Below are positions 18,820-29,062 of a stretch of 52,171 nucleotides of DNA, piece by piece (within the stretch, counting starts at the first letter, position 1; each line of letters starts with the position of its first letter). The position numbers were made by a program, and so were the translations under genes. The notes beneath the pieces are model-generated. The model was not told the origin of the DNA, ran no database searches, and was given only the letters and a program-made list of their open reading frames with translations. The stretch is from a virus (lineage: Duplodnaviria > Caudoviricetes), in IMG/VR virus record IMGVR_UViG_3300016474_000658, positions 1 to 52,171 of that record, one strand, 5' to 3'.

Positions 18820-21800
18820 GCCTAAAAGATTCTTATAATAAAAATAAACTTCAGCAAGTTGGACTTAAAAATTCAACTCAAAAGAATATCTCAGATTTTA
18901 ATCAAGAATTAGAATCTGAAAAATATGTATTAGAATTAACTAAAAAATACGAAAATAATCTTTTAGATATTGATTATAGTAATCCATCAAATTTTGCAAG
19001 ATTTGGATTGGCAAGAAAATATTATGAAAATATAGTAAACAGAATAATAGATTATTATCCATATGATGGCTCAAAATACGAACAATTAAAATTCGAAAAT
19101 GAACTAAATCCGTTAGAAAAATATGTATTTAATTTTGAATACCCTAGATCAACTGGGTATGTTGAATTTGGTAGAACATGGGCTGGAACAACTACCTTAA
19201 CAAATGGGTTCGGCTCATCAAGCTCTCCAGAGTATATCAAATTTAATAATCAAACAAAAAATAATATATATGATCCAAATAATTTAAGAAGAGAAAATAC
19301 GAGATTTATATTTGAATCAGGTAGCACAGTAGAATTTTGGATGAAGAAAGAATCCTTTGCAAATTCTACAACGCAAACTAGCAAAGAATGCATTTTCTAT
19401 ACAAGAACAGCAGATTCGGATAAAAGAATAGCGATATTTGTTTCTGGTGGTGCTACGAATACCTCTTCTGTCTATACTCAATATTACTCTAGCACATCTA
19501 CTCTTAGATTTTCTTTGGGATTTAATACTGGGCTAGATACCATTGCAGACTCCAAATGGCATCATTATGCATTTGTTTATGGAAAAGATTCAAGCGGATA
19601 TAAGGTTGATTTTTATTTAGATGGAGCCTTCAAAGAAAGTCAAGTAAGCGCAGCTACGGTTCAAGATATAACTGGATCATCTATAGGATTTTTAGGTTCT
19701 CTTGGCGGAAAGTATCATTCATCGTCAGATTTAACCGGATACGGTAAATTGTCTGGTTCTATTGATGAGTTCAGGTTCTGGAATTCAAAAAGAGATGCAA
19801 AGCAAATAGGAATTAATTATTTTAAAAATGTTGGTGGTGGATCCAATACAGATGATGCTAATGTTAATTTAGGAATATATTTCAAATTTAATGAAGGAAT
19901 TACTAATTTAAGTAGCAAAGATTCTGTTGTGCTTGATTATTCTGGCAGATTGAATAATGGAACATTTGTTGGCTACAATTCTACAAGTAGGAATACTGCT
20001 TCTGCTATAACACAAGGATCCGAGAACATAGAGACTGGATCTCCAATAGTCTACTTTGATAATCCTTTAGTACAAAATTTTTTAACAAATAAATTAAAAT
20101 TAGCCGATTCACACGATTATAGCAATAGCTCAAATTTGATTAATCTATTGCCTTCTTGGATTATAGATGATGACCAGAGTGGCGATGGAACTCTTGTAAA
20201 CTTCTTGCAGGTAATTGCTAGCTATTACGATACGTTATTTTTGCAAATACAAAAATCTAAAGATGTGAAAAATAAAACTTATCTACAATATAGCGGTAGC
20301 GAACCAGGATTTAATGATATTTTATTATCTTCTAATGGCTTTGATGTTCCATCTGCGTTTATGAATATAGATGAGCTTTTATCTGTAGCTTCCCAAGATA
20401 ACAAAAAAGAGTATTCTTTGGTCATTAACGATTTAAAAAATATTGTATATAAAAATATATACAATAACTTAGATATTATCTATAAATCAAAGGGTACAGA
20501 AAAATCTTTTAAGAATTTAATTAAATGTTTCGGAGCAGATGAAGATATGTTTAAACTAAACGTATATTCAGACGGAACAGAATATCAATTAAAAGACTCA
20601 TATATAAATAAATCAATAAAGAAAGACGTAGTAGATCAAACAAATTATCGTTATAGCCAGAACGCTAACTCGGTTATTTTTAATTATGCTTCTGCCGATT
20701 CTAACGCAACATCATTTATAACTTCTTCTAATAGTATTAGTGGAGCAATATGTTTTGAGGGAGGATTCTATTTCCCTAAAAAGCCAGATACTCTTTATGA
20801 AGATATATCTGAAAAAAGTAAATTAAAAAAATACTCTTTATTCGGAATAAGACAAGCTAGCGATACATTAGCTTCAACAGATGAAGTATCGCCAGATAGT
20901 GCATCATTTTCTGTTTACTTAAACGAGAGAGATGAAAAAGGATATTTCAGCTTATATTCTTCAAAATATGCAGTTGATTTAACTTCAAGTTTTTTTGACG
21001 ACTTTAGAAATAATAATTTTTGGAATCTATCTTTCCAAATATATCAAAAAAAGTTTTTAACTACGCCAGAATACGAAGTTAAATTCTCTGGCTATTCTTA
21101 TTTAAGCGATAATAATTTTAGATATTTTGAACTAACATCTTCTTTTAATCAAGCAAGCGGATCAAGCTTCTTTGGTTGTAACAAACGTTTATTCGTAGGA
21201 GCGGAAAGAACAAACATAACTGGTAATTTAGTTTATGGTTCGAATCATAAATCAGCTTATTCTAGAGTATGGATGGATAAACTAGATTCTGATGAATTAA
21301 AAGAGCACGCAAAGAATCCAAATAATTTTGGTAGAAAAAATCCTACAAGAAATAACAATCCAAATTTCTCTGAATATATTCCAAAATCAGAGACACTAAT
21401 ATTAAATTGGGATTTTTCAACCATAACATCCAGTGATACTAATGGAAACGTATATTACATACAAGATTTAACTTCTGGATCAATAAGTAACCCTTTTGCA
21501 AATAGTTATTTATCCGGATCTAAGCAAAAGATATTTACTGGAGCTGGCTATGGATTTGAGCCATTAGTGTTTATTAAATCCAAAGAATTAATCTATGGGC
21601 AAGAACAACAAGACCCAGAAAATATTATCTCTAGTAATCTAGTAAATATATTAGAAACTAATGATGATTTTTATACAAAAGACGCAAGACCGGAGAGATT
21701 TTTCTTTGCAGTTGAATCAAGTATGTATGATGTAATTTCAAAAAATATCTTAAACTTTTTTGGTTCAATTGTAGAATTTAATAATCTAATCGCTACTCCT

Positions 21801-22181
21801 ACTTTTGAATATAGTATGAAATATAGAGATTTAGATTACTTTAGAAGAATCTTTTTTGAAAAAGTTCAAAACACTATTGATCTAGAAAAATTTGTAAATG
21901 TTTATAAATGGATTGATGATGCATTAGATGGAATATTATTTAATTTAATACCAGCTTCAGCAAACTCAAGTGATAAGGCAAGAACTATTATAGAAAATCA
22001 TATTCTTAGCAGAAACAAGGTCAGGAAACAAATTCATCCTAAATCTTTTATACACTACATTAAAGATCTAAGTGGTAATGTTGGAGATGAAAGTTTATAC
22101 ATAGGAACTACTGCTAAAAATTTTGGAATTTTAAGTAAAGAAACGACAGGAAAAATTGGCGGAGCTGTTCTTAGAAAGTAA
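18816..22181 (+). CDS. Baseplate/tail protein with LamG (concanavalin-like) domains
   Basis: TVEFWMK, KWHHYAF, FYLDG, GSIDEFRFWN, YFKFNEG, LDYSGRLNNG; IYKSKGT resembles baseplate wedge gp7/gpI-type motif. Confidence 0.75.
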   Translation: MSLKDSYNKNKLQQVGLKNSTQKNISDFNQELESEKYVLELTKKYENNLLDIDYSNPSNFARFGLARKYYENIVNRIIDYYPYDGSKYEQLKFENELNPLEKYVFNFEYPRSTGYVEFGRTWAGTTTLTNGFGSSSSPEYIKFNNQTKNNIYDPNNLRRENTRFIFESGSTVEFWMKKESFANSTTQTSKECIFYTRTADSDKRIAIFVSGGATNTSSVYTQYYSSTSTLRFSLGFNTGLDTIADSKWHHYAFVYGKDSSGYKVDFYLDGAFKESQVSAATVQDITGSSIGFLGSLGGKYHSSSDLTGYGKLSGSIDEFRFWNSKRDAKQIGINYFKNVGGGSNTDDANVNLGIYFKFNEGITNLSSKDSVVLDYSGRLNNGTFVGYNSTSRNTASAITQGSENIETGSPIVYFDNPLVQNFLTNKLKLADSHDYSNSSNLINLLPSWIIDDDQSGDGTLVNFLQVIASYYDTLFLQIQKSKDVKNKTYLQYSGSEPGFNDILLSSNGFDVPSAFMNIDELLSVASQDNKKEYSLVINDLKNIVYKNIYNNLDIIYKSKGTEKSFKNLIKCFGADEDMFKLNVYSDGTEYQLKDSYINKSIKKDVVDQTNYRYSQNANSVIFNYASADSNATSFITSSNSISGAICFEGGFYFPKKPDTLYEDISEKSKLKKYSLFGIRQASDTLASTDEVSPDSASFSVYLNERDEKGYFSLYSSKYAVDLTSSFFDDFRNNNFWNLSFQIYQKKFLTTPEYEVKFSGYSYLSDNNFRYFELTSSFNQASGSSFFGCNKRLFVGAERTNITGNLVYGSNHKSAYSRVWMDKLDSDELKEHAKNPNNFGRKNPTRNNNPNFSEYIPKSETLILNWDFSTITSSDTNGNVYYIQDLTSGSISNPFANSYLSGSKQKIFTGAGYGFEPLVFIKSKELIYGQEQQDPENIISSNLVNILETNDDFYTKDARPERFFFAVESSMYDVISKNILNFFGSIVEFNNLIATPTFEYSMKYRDLDYFRRIFFEKVQNTIDLEKFVNVYKWIDDALDGILFNLIPASANSSDKARTIIENHILSRNKVRKQIHPKSFIHYIKDLSGNVGDESLYIGTTAKNFGILSKETTGKIGGAVLRK

Positions 22182-22207
22182 TTACTATAATATTTTAAGG
22201 GATAAAA

Positions 22208-25200
22208 ATGAGAGAAAGCGCTAGAAACAAAATAAGATATAACGTAGTTAAGCAAGATGAAGAGAAACTAAGATCTGATTCGTATAAGCTAAGCTCTTAC
22301 ACAAGCGCCTCTGAATCAAATCCAAGAGATAAATTTTATAGATATTTAGCAGACAGAAAAGATGAAAGCTTGTTTCAAAGCAGCAGCAATAATGAAACAA
22401 GAGCACAAGTCCATGAAGCTGTTTATACAGAATATTCAAAGGCTGGTGTTAATGTTTTATCCATAGAAGATTCGAAGAACACATTCTCTATAGTCCAGGG
22501 ATATAATTCTGATGAGCAAAAAGTATATAACCATGTTTTTGAGAGATTGAAAGGAAATCCAACACAAACAATAACCTTTACTGAGCAACAGAGCATGGAT
22601 CTCGTATCCAAGACTGGCATGTTCATTAGAAATATAAAACTTTATGGATCAAATATTGGTGTAAAAAATTCTTATATGCCAGTAACAGTTATCGCTCCAT
22701 CTGATTTTCAAGGATATAGAGCGCAGCTATCATCTTCTGGAGTCTCTTCCCCGTATGACATAACCAAATTGCATCACGAAGGCGTCATAAAGGCGTCTAT
22801 GCAAGGGCCTTTTACAAATCAGCATGTTGGTGGATATAGTCATAGACACCAGCCAATAAATGACGGTACAGATAATGAAAATAGCAGACCAGAAATGGTT
22901 TCTATCGATGTTTCCGGCAATCAGATAAACTTCACTAGTCCATTAGGATCAACACCAGACTATTCAAGATTAGCTGTGAGATTTGCCAGAGAAGGCACGT
23001 CAAAGAGAATTGTAAACACAAAAAGAATTAAGACTGTCGATCCTAGAGTAGCCGGAAACTTTAGTAAAAATTATGAAGTCTTCCAGACTACAAACAGAAG
23101 CGCTAATAATATGTGGTTGAGAGATCATCCAACTGCAAGCTTTCAAGAAAATGAAAGTGCATTTATATCTGGTGCTAAAGATTCATTGGTACAAGATTTT
23201 AAATTATCAGATAATACATCGAATAATAGTATTATAGTTCAAACTTTTGGCGCTCCTGGCGGACCAGAATCCAAGGCAAATAAAGGTCTTGATGTAGCTT
23301 CAAGACAGTTTAGCCCGTACAATACGCTTAATTATCGAAATCCATTAGTAAGACATTATTTAAATAAGAAATTTTTATCAGATCATTCCGAGTATGGAAA
23401 TTACACTGCGGCAGGTTTCGGAACTACTGCATCATTTCATGGAGTACAAAGAAATATAATTTATTTTTTAACTCAGTCTGGCGAAATTACAAATAAATAT
23501 GATAATTCTTTCGTTAGAAGAGAAATACCATTCTCGCAGCTTGGGTATAAATGGATTAGAGCTAGATATATCATTAATTCGTCAAATGATAATAATATGC
23601 TAGTAAAGGATTACAATGATCCGGGTATTAATTTTATTAGTAGATCAATGGACGGAGATAGTTATTTCCAAAATTTAAACCTCGGACCAAATTCCGAGCA
23701 ATTAGTTAAAAGTGCAAGCTATTCAGATTATGCTTTAACTTTAACTGGAAATATAGATTTACATAATTATCTTATATCCAAAGAGAAGCTGCTATGCTTT
23801 TCGACTCACAGACAACTATCAAATAGATATACTAAAACTCTTTTATACACCAGAAGAAGAAATAGCGTTGGCGATACTGATGGTTCAAAGGTTTTTAAGA
23901 CTTTAAAGCACTCTTCAATTAACTCAAAATATCATAATACAACTATAGAATTTAAATTAAATGATGATGTATCAGAAGAAATTTCAATTCCTTTTGCATC
24001 AAATTATGCATTCTATGGAGATTACTATAATACAGATACAAATAAAATTGAAAATTTATATCAAGACTCAAGAAACATAAAGTTCTCAGATAAATCTAAT
24101 TCTATGTTTTTTAGAATTTTAGATATAGATAAACAGAGAAATCAAAATTCGATTGTTTACCCTAAGATTGTAAAAATAAAATACAAAGAAAGAGTTTGGC
24201 CAAAAGCATCAGAGGCTTACAGAATCTTGTGCTACAATAGAAATTCATTACAATTTCAAGAATATAATTATTCTTGGAGTGATGATGAAAATACTAGAAT
24301 TTTTAATAGTGAAGGTCGCTACAATAGTCTTAGTATGCAGACAAATGATGTTGGACAGTTGACTAGAACTAATGGATCAGATAATTCTGCTCCAAATTCT
24401 GGTAGCGTACTATTAAGAGATGGCAAAAGAATATATGCAAGCATGTGGCCAATGGATGTTTTAACTACGACATCTGGAAGTGTTTTAAATGACCAATCTG
24501 GCATCTTAATGACTCTTGACAACCCAACGTTTATTTCTTCTACATATCCAGAAGTTGGATTCCCTAGAGTTCTGAGATCTTCTAGAAGTAGTTCAACGCC
24601 TTATAATGAATTTGTTCACTTTGGAAGAAATTATAACATAAATAGACCTAAAAATACAGTGCATGAAACGGCTAATTCATTTCCTTTATATGAATATATA
24701 ACTGAAATATCTGATGATGTAGCAAGAAATTTTAAAGATTACTCAACTCTTACGCAATATGATCCTAGATTAGTATTAAATGACTATTATATAGATGGAC
24801 AGCCTGCTCCTAGTAATTTTGAATTTGTAGATGAATATAGTAATATATTACCTCTAAACTGCGGAACTAGCGAACAATTTATTTCTGATGCTCTCGCTGG
24901 AAAGCTTAAAACAAAAAATCCACCAACTATACCAGCTTATGAACAAGAACATAAATTATATTCTGATTTTGTAGATTTATTGCCAGATCTAAATAAAAAT
25001 GAAGATCTAAAAATATCTAAGATAAAGTTCAATCTAAGCGTGATAAAGAAATTTTATCCTACGTTACAATTTTATCCAATTCCTTATATATCTTATACGC
25101 TAGCAAGAGTTTATGCTAGATATTATGATCAGAACATCAGAAGAGTATTATCTCCGGCTTTTAAATATGGCGGACCACAAGCAGATATTGGCATAAAAGG

Positions 25201-27001
25201 AACAAAAGGAAAAATTACGCCATTATTCCATCCTGGAATTATGTTTAATTCAATAAAAGCTGGCATTGGGATGCCCTATAGCGTTGTAACTCATAGCTCT
25301 GGTAATTCTACTATTACAAAAGCTGAGATCTCTTCTTTAACAGGAAGCTTGACCGGATCTTATTATAAAGTACCTTGGGATACAATTCTAGATCCTGCTA
25401 AAATAGCAGGTATTCCATACTTCGATGCAGATCCGGATATATTAGACAACGCAGATGGTTCTTGGACTCTACAAGCGGGAGTTATAAATGAAGAGCCGTA
25501 TAAAAATACTGTAAACAATTTTCTTGCAGAAGTCGTAAATACTTTTATTAAAGATAGTAAATTGCCTAGTTTAAAGTCAAAGCCACAAACTTCGTGGTAT
25601 TTTGAAGATTTAAATAAAGACTACTCTATGCAATTCATAATAAATAAAACTCCAAATTTTACTACCTATTCTTCGCTAGAAAGCTTTGGACATAAACCAT
25701 ATATTTTTCACAATCCTCCTTGGCTCACTACTAGTGGATTAGCATCTATAGAAGATGTTACTGGCTCTAGTTTTAATTCTGATGTTATTTTACCGCCATC
25801 TTCATCTTGGGTAAGCTCTTCTTATGCACTGGCTACTTTAACTTTTAGACCATCACAGATTTTTCAAACTGGTTCCGTAAACTTAAATGTCGGTAAGACT
25901 GCTCAAATTTCATTCAACGAAATTAAAAAACATACAACAGTAACATTTGAAAGTTCTTTTATTACATCTTCAGTGATAGCACAAAATGCTATAAATCTAG
26001 GTGATTGCGTTGAATTATTTGGATTTTCAGATTCAGATGAAACTTGGACTCCGTATGTTAAATGGACTTGCCCAACGGCAAATTTAAACTTCTCTGGAAG
26101 TAAAGGAAAAACAAGCGGCTCTAGTACATATGATTCTGGTTTTAATGCAGGCGATGCAATTAGAGGAATTATGCACCAGCTTGGCTCTATTCCTAATGAT
26201 GATCAAGGTCTATTCTTTACAGTAGTTGATAACTCTAACGATCTAACTGGCTCTTTAGCAAAGGTTGTAGGATTCGATACTAAGCAAAAAGTTAGAATCG
26301 GAGACGTAGCGCCTTCTACGGTCCTTTCTGATGCCATAGTTATAATTCCAGTATACTTAGAGAATAATCAAGAAGAAAGATTATTAGAAATAAGCACTGA
26401 TAAATTTGAAAAAAATTATGATATAAGCGAGTACATAAAGAAAGTAGATGAGTTTAGCAAAAAATACTTTATGCCGCCTCTATTAGACTTTATGAAGATA
26501 AGAAGACAATCTAAAACTCCTTTAACAAGGAAAGATTACGGAAAGGTTGCAGCTCCATTCTTAATGTTCTTTGAGGAATATAAAACAGTTCTAACAAAAA
26601 ATGATCTATTGAGATTTTGGCAAGGATTGATTCCTGAAGCGGCAGCAAAAATGGAAATAGATAATAAGACAATAGAATTTGATTTAGAAGGAAATCCTCT
26701 ATTTTCATATGATGATTTAAATAAATTTGGTGGTACTCTGCCAAAAAATTTAAGATTCAAAGTATTTAAGGTATATAGAAGAGCAGAAAAAAGCTATCAA
26801 AATATAATTAATAGAACTCTAGGGGCACCAGAAACGGAAGATTATTCTTTGACATTAAACTGGCCACATGGTTATTACGAAGTTGCTAACATGGCAAAAG
26901 TAGATGTTGAATTAGAATATAATAAAGCTAATAATGTTCCTTTAGGATTCCATATAGATAAAGATGGAAATGTGGTAAAAGATACTAATGTCGGTAGCTA
27001 G
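22208..27001 (+). CDS. Large putative virion (tail/baseplate) protein
   Basis: 1597-aa ORF in structural cluster, rich in S/T-G-S motifs. Confidence 0.6.
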   Translation: MRESARNKIRYNVVKQDEEKLRSDSYKLSSYTSASESNPRDKFYRYLADRKDESLFQSSSNNETRAQVHEAVYTEYSKAGVNVLSIEDSKNTFSIVQGYNSDEQKVYNHVFERLKGNPTQTITFTEQQSMDLVSKTGMFIRNIKLYGSNIGVKNSYMPVTVIAPSDFQGYRAQLSSSGVSSPYDITKLHHEGVIKASMQGPFTNQHVGGYSHRHQPINDGTDNENSRPEMVSIDVSGNQINFTSPLGSTPDYSRLAVRFAREGTSKRIVNTKRIKTVDPRVAGNFSKNYEVFQTTNRSANNMWLRDHPTASFQENESAFISGAKDSLVQDFKLSDNTSNNSIIVQTFGAPGGPESKANKGLDVASRQFSPYNTLNYRNPLVRHYLNKKFLSDHSEYGNYTAAGFGTTASFHGVQRNIIYFLTQSGEITNKYDNSFVRREIPFSQLGYKWIRARYIINSSNDNNMLVKDYNDPGINFISRSMDGDSYFQNLNLGPNSEQLVKSASYSDYALTLTGNIDLHNYLISKEKLLCFSTHRQLSNRYTKTLLYTRRRNSVGDTDGSKVFKTLKHSSINSKYHNTTIEFKLNDDVSEEISIPFASNYAFYGDYYNTDTNKIENLYQDSRNIKFSDKSNSMFFRILDIDKQRNQNSIVYPKIVKIKYKERVWPKASEAYRILCYNRNSLQFQEYNYSWSDDENTRIFNSEGRYNSLSMQTNDVGQLTRTNGSDNSAPNSGSVLLRDGKRIYASMWPMDVLTTTSGSVLNDQSGILMTLDNPTFISSTYPEVGFPRVLRSSRSSSTPYNEFVHFGRNYNINRPKNTVHETANSFPLYEYITEISDDVARNFKDYSTLTQYDPRLVLNDYYIDGQPAPSNFEFVDEYSNILPLNCGTSEQFISDALAGKLKTKNPPTIPAYEQEHKLYSDFVDLLPDLNKNEDLKISKIKFNLSVIKKFYPTLQFYPIPYISYTLARVYARYYDQNIRRVLSPAFKYGGPQADIGIKGTKGKITPLFHPGIMFNSIKAGIGMPYSVVTHSSGNSTITKAEISSLTGSLTGSYYKVPWDTILDPAKIAGIPYFDADPDILDNADGSWTLQAGVINEEPYKNTVNNFLAEVVNTFIKDSKLPSLKSKPQTSWYFEDLNKDYSMQFIINKTPNFTTYSSLESFGHKPYIFHNPPWLTTSGLASIEDVTGSSFNSDVILPPSSSWVSSSYALATLTFRPSQIFQTGSVNLNVGKTAQISFNEIKKHTTVTFESSFITSSVIAQNAINLGDCVELFGFSDSDETWTPYVKWTCPTANLNFSGSKGKTSGSSTYDSGFNAGDAIRGIMHQLGSIPNDDQGLFFTVVDNSNDLTGSLAKVVGFDTKQKVRIGDVAPSTVLSDAIVIIPVYLENNQEERLLEISTDKFEKNYDISEYIKKVDEFSKKYFMPPLLDFMKIRRQSKTPLTRKDYGKVAAPFLMFFEEYKTVLTKNDLLRFWQGLIPEAAAKMEIDNKTIEFDLEGNPLFSYDDLNKFGGTLPKNLRFKVFKVYRRAEKSYQNIINRTLGAPETEDYSLTLNWPHGYYEVANMAKVDVELEYNKANNVPLGFHIDKDGNVVKDTNVGS

Positions 27002-27015
27002 TTCGAGGGAAATAC

Positions 27016-27843
27016 ATGGAGCTTTTTAATAAAAATGAAGAAGTAATTGATATTGTTCTAACTCCAAAAGGTCGTGAACTGTTATCAAAAGGACTATTTA
27101 AACCAGCTTTTTATACTTTTCATGATATAGATATAACTTACGAAAGTAATACTGGCGAGAAGCAAAATGAAATAGCAGACAGAATTAAAAATACTATAAG
27201 AACCAAAACTCCAACTTATTTCTCTGGTAGTAATTTTTATAGAGATGGTAAGGAAGGTAATGTGATAATAAAGCATATATATTCTAATGAGCTTGGAGAT
27301 AAAACTAATACGAATCAATTTGCTCCTGCTTGGAATATAAAATTTGTAGATGCTCCAAACTTTCAGAATTACATAACAGGATCAACTGATTCTAAACTAG
27401 TAACCCCAAATTATTATCAAGTTAGATATACTGCTGATTCTTTTGAAAATATGATAGAAAATTCCGGGCTAGAGGATAGAATACCTCAGATAGACGTTAA
27501 TTATTATTATAATAGAGTAGATAGCTATAACTTTATTGGAGAAGATGGTAAAGAATATATCAAAACATTTATAGTTGAAGAGAAAGATTTATTATTAGAG
27601 ATTGATGAAATTAACTCTTTTGAAGAAAACGAAAAAATTAATTTTAATTTAGAAGTATTTTTAGAAGATCAAAAAGACGGAAATCTACAAAAGTTATCAT
27701 TTGGAAAATTAGAAAAGGATAAATTTTCCGTAGAGCAGTATTTAAATATATCCTTTGATAAAGATGCTTCCTTCACAGAAGATATTAAGACAGAAGATAT
27801 TTATGGATCTGGCGGTAAAGAGCAACAATCAACTTGTGAGTAA
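27016..27843 (+). CDS. Putative tail-region structural protein
   Basis: N-terminal IDIVLTPKGRELLSKG...DIDITY similar to LDAVLTELGRRRLAQG...DDEIDY of the gene at 32158. Confidence 0.55.
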   Translation: MELFNKNEEVIDIVLTPKGRELLSKGLFKPAFYTFHDIDITYESNTGEKQNEIADRIKNTIRTKTPTYFSGSNFYRDGKEGNVIIKHIYSNELGDKTNTNQFAPAWNIKFVDAPNFQNYITGSTDSKLVTPNYYQVRYTADSFENMIENSGLEDRIPQIDVNYYYNRVDSYNFIGEDGKEYIKTFIVEEKDLLLEIDEINSFEENEKINFNLEVFLEDQKDGNLQKLSFGKLEKDKFSVEQYLNISFDKDASFTEDIKTEDIYGSGGKEQQSTCE

Positions 27844-27845
27844 GA

Positions 27846-29060
27846 ATGAAGAAAAATTATTTATCAGAATTACATACTTCTTTTAACTCTCAGGGATATC
27901 CTTATGTAATTTTAAATGTTAATGAATTTGCGGCAGTAAAAGATAACAATAGTTTATCTAGATTTTTTACTGATCAAGAATTAAAACAAATTATAGGCAG
28001 GTCTTTATCCACAAGGATTCTCATACAAGACGCGGAAAAGATAATATATAAAGCAGAAGATTATGCTTCTGTTCAGAAGTATTCATTATCCTTAAGCGAT
28101 AATATTTCTACATATGTCATAGATTTTAATAGAGATATGACTTACCCAGTAAAAATAATATTCGAGCATTCTTATAGATTAAATTTATATTCTCATCTTA
28201 AGGAGAAGATGAAAAATATAAACTTCTTGAATTCTTTACCAAATACAGAAGACGCACAAATTTTATTTAATCAAATAGCAGAGCACGAAGAGTCTTTACT
28301 ACAGTATCACAATACCGAGAGGACTAAAATTATTTTTGAAACAAAGGATATAGATGCTAGAAAATTTTTAGATGTAAAAGAAAGAGTTAGTTTTGCTACT
28401 AGCACAAGAGAACGAAATTCTTTATTGCAAAATTATTCTACTCAAGATGATGGTTATTCATCGTTTTCAACTATTATTATTAACAATATATACAATACAA
28501 TTCAATATGGAAATAAAAATATTTTAGTAGATTTTTATTCTAAATTAATTAACGTTAAAAATGATTTTGATTACAAGAGATATTTATTTACTAAAGGTGT
28601 TTACAATTTAAAAGAGAGTAAGAAAGATACTTCAACATCTCCACAGGATGTAAGAACAAATACAACAAATGTAAGTGCGTTTTCTGAAGATGCCATATTT
28701 AAATTAGAGAATACAAGTTTAAAAACTAGTACATCAAATAATAGCGCTAATTTATTTTTAATGTTCATATTAATGAACGATGAGATCGTAAAGCCACAAA
28801 GAAAATCCGAGAGAAGCGATTATAAATTATTTCTTGAAGATTCGTTTCAATATCCAAATTACTTTTTTAGAAATATATTAAAGTTTAAATTAGAATATCT
28901 CTCTTCTATTTCTGAAGATTCTCTTGTCGAAAAATGGGAAGAAATAAATTTAAACAATTTACCAAGAGTATTAAGTAAAAGCGTAATCTGTAGAGTGAAT
29001 TTAAAGAATAAAAAATATTATGATAGATTAGCCTATGAATATTTCATAGTCGGAGTATAA
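27846..29060 (+). CDS. Hypothetical protein
   Basis: 404-aa ORF tightly packed between neighbours. Confidence 0.6.
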   Translation: MKKNYLSELHTSFNSQGYPYVILNVNEFAAVKDNNSLSRFFTDQELKQIIGRSLSTRILIQDAEKIIYKAEDYASVQKYSLSLSDNISTYVIDFNRDMTYPVKIIFEHSYRLNLYSHLKEKMKNINFLNSLPNTEDAQILFNQIAEHEESLLQYHNTERTKIIFETKDIDARKFLDVKERVSFATSTRERNSLLQNYSTQDDGYSSFSTIIINNIYNTIQYGNKNILVDFYSKLINVKNDFDYKRYLFTKGVYNLKESKKDTSTSPQDVRTNTTNVSAFSEDAIFKLENTSLKTSTSNNSANLFLMFILMNDEIVKPQRKSERSDYKLFLEDSFQYPNYFFRNILKFKLEYLSSISEDSLVEKWEEINLNNLPRVLSKSVICRVNLKNKKYYDRLAYEYFIVGV

Positions 29061-29062
29061 AT

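Noticed and set aside
22170-22210. Possible frameshift joining the 1121-aa and 1597-aa genes
   Set aside because: Different frames, a second in-frame stop in the gap, and the downstream gene has its own AAGGG SD and ATG.
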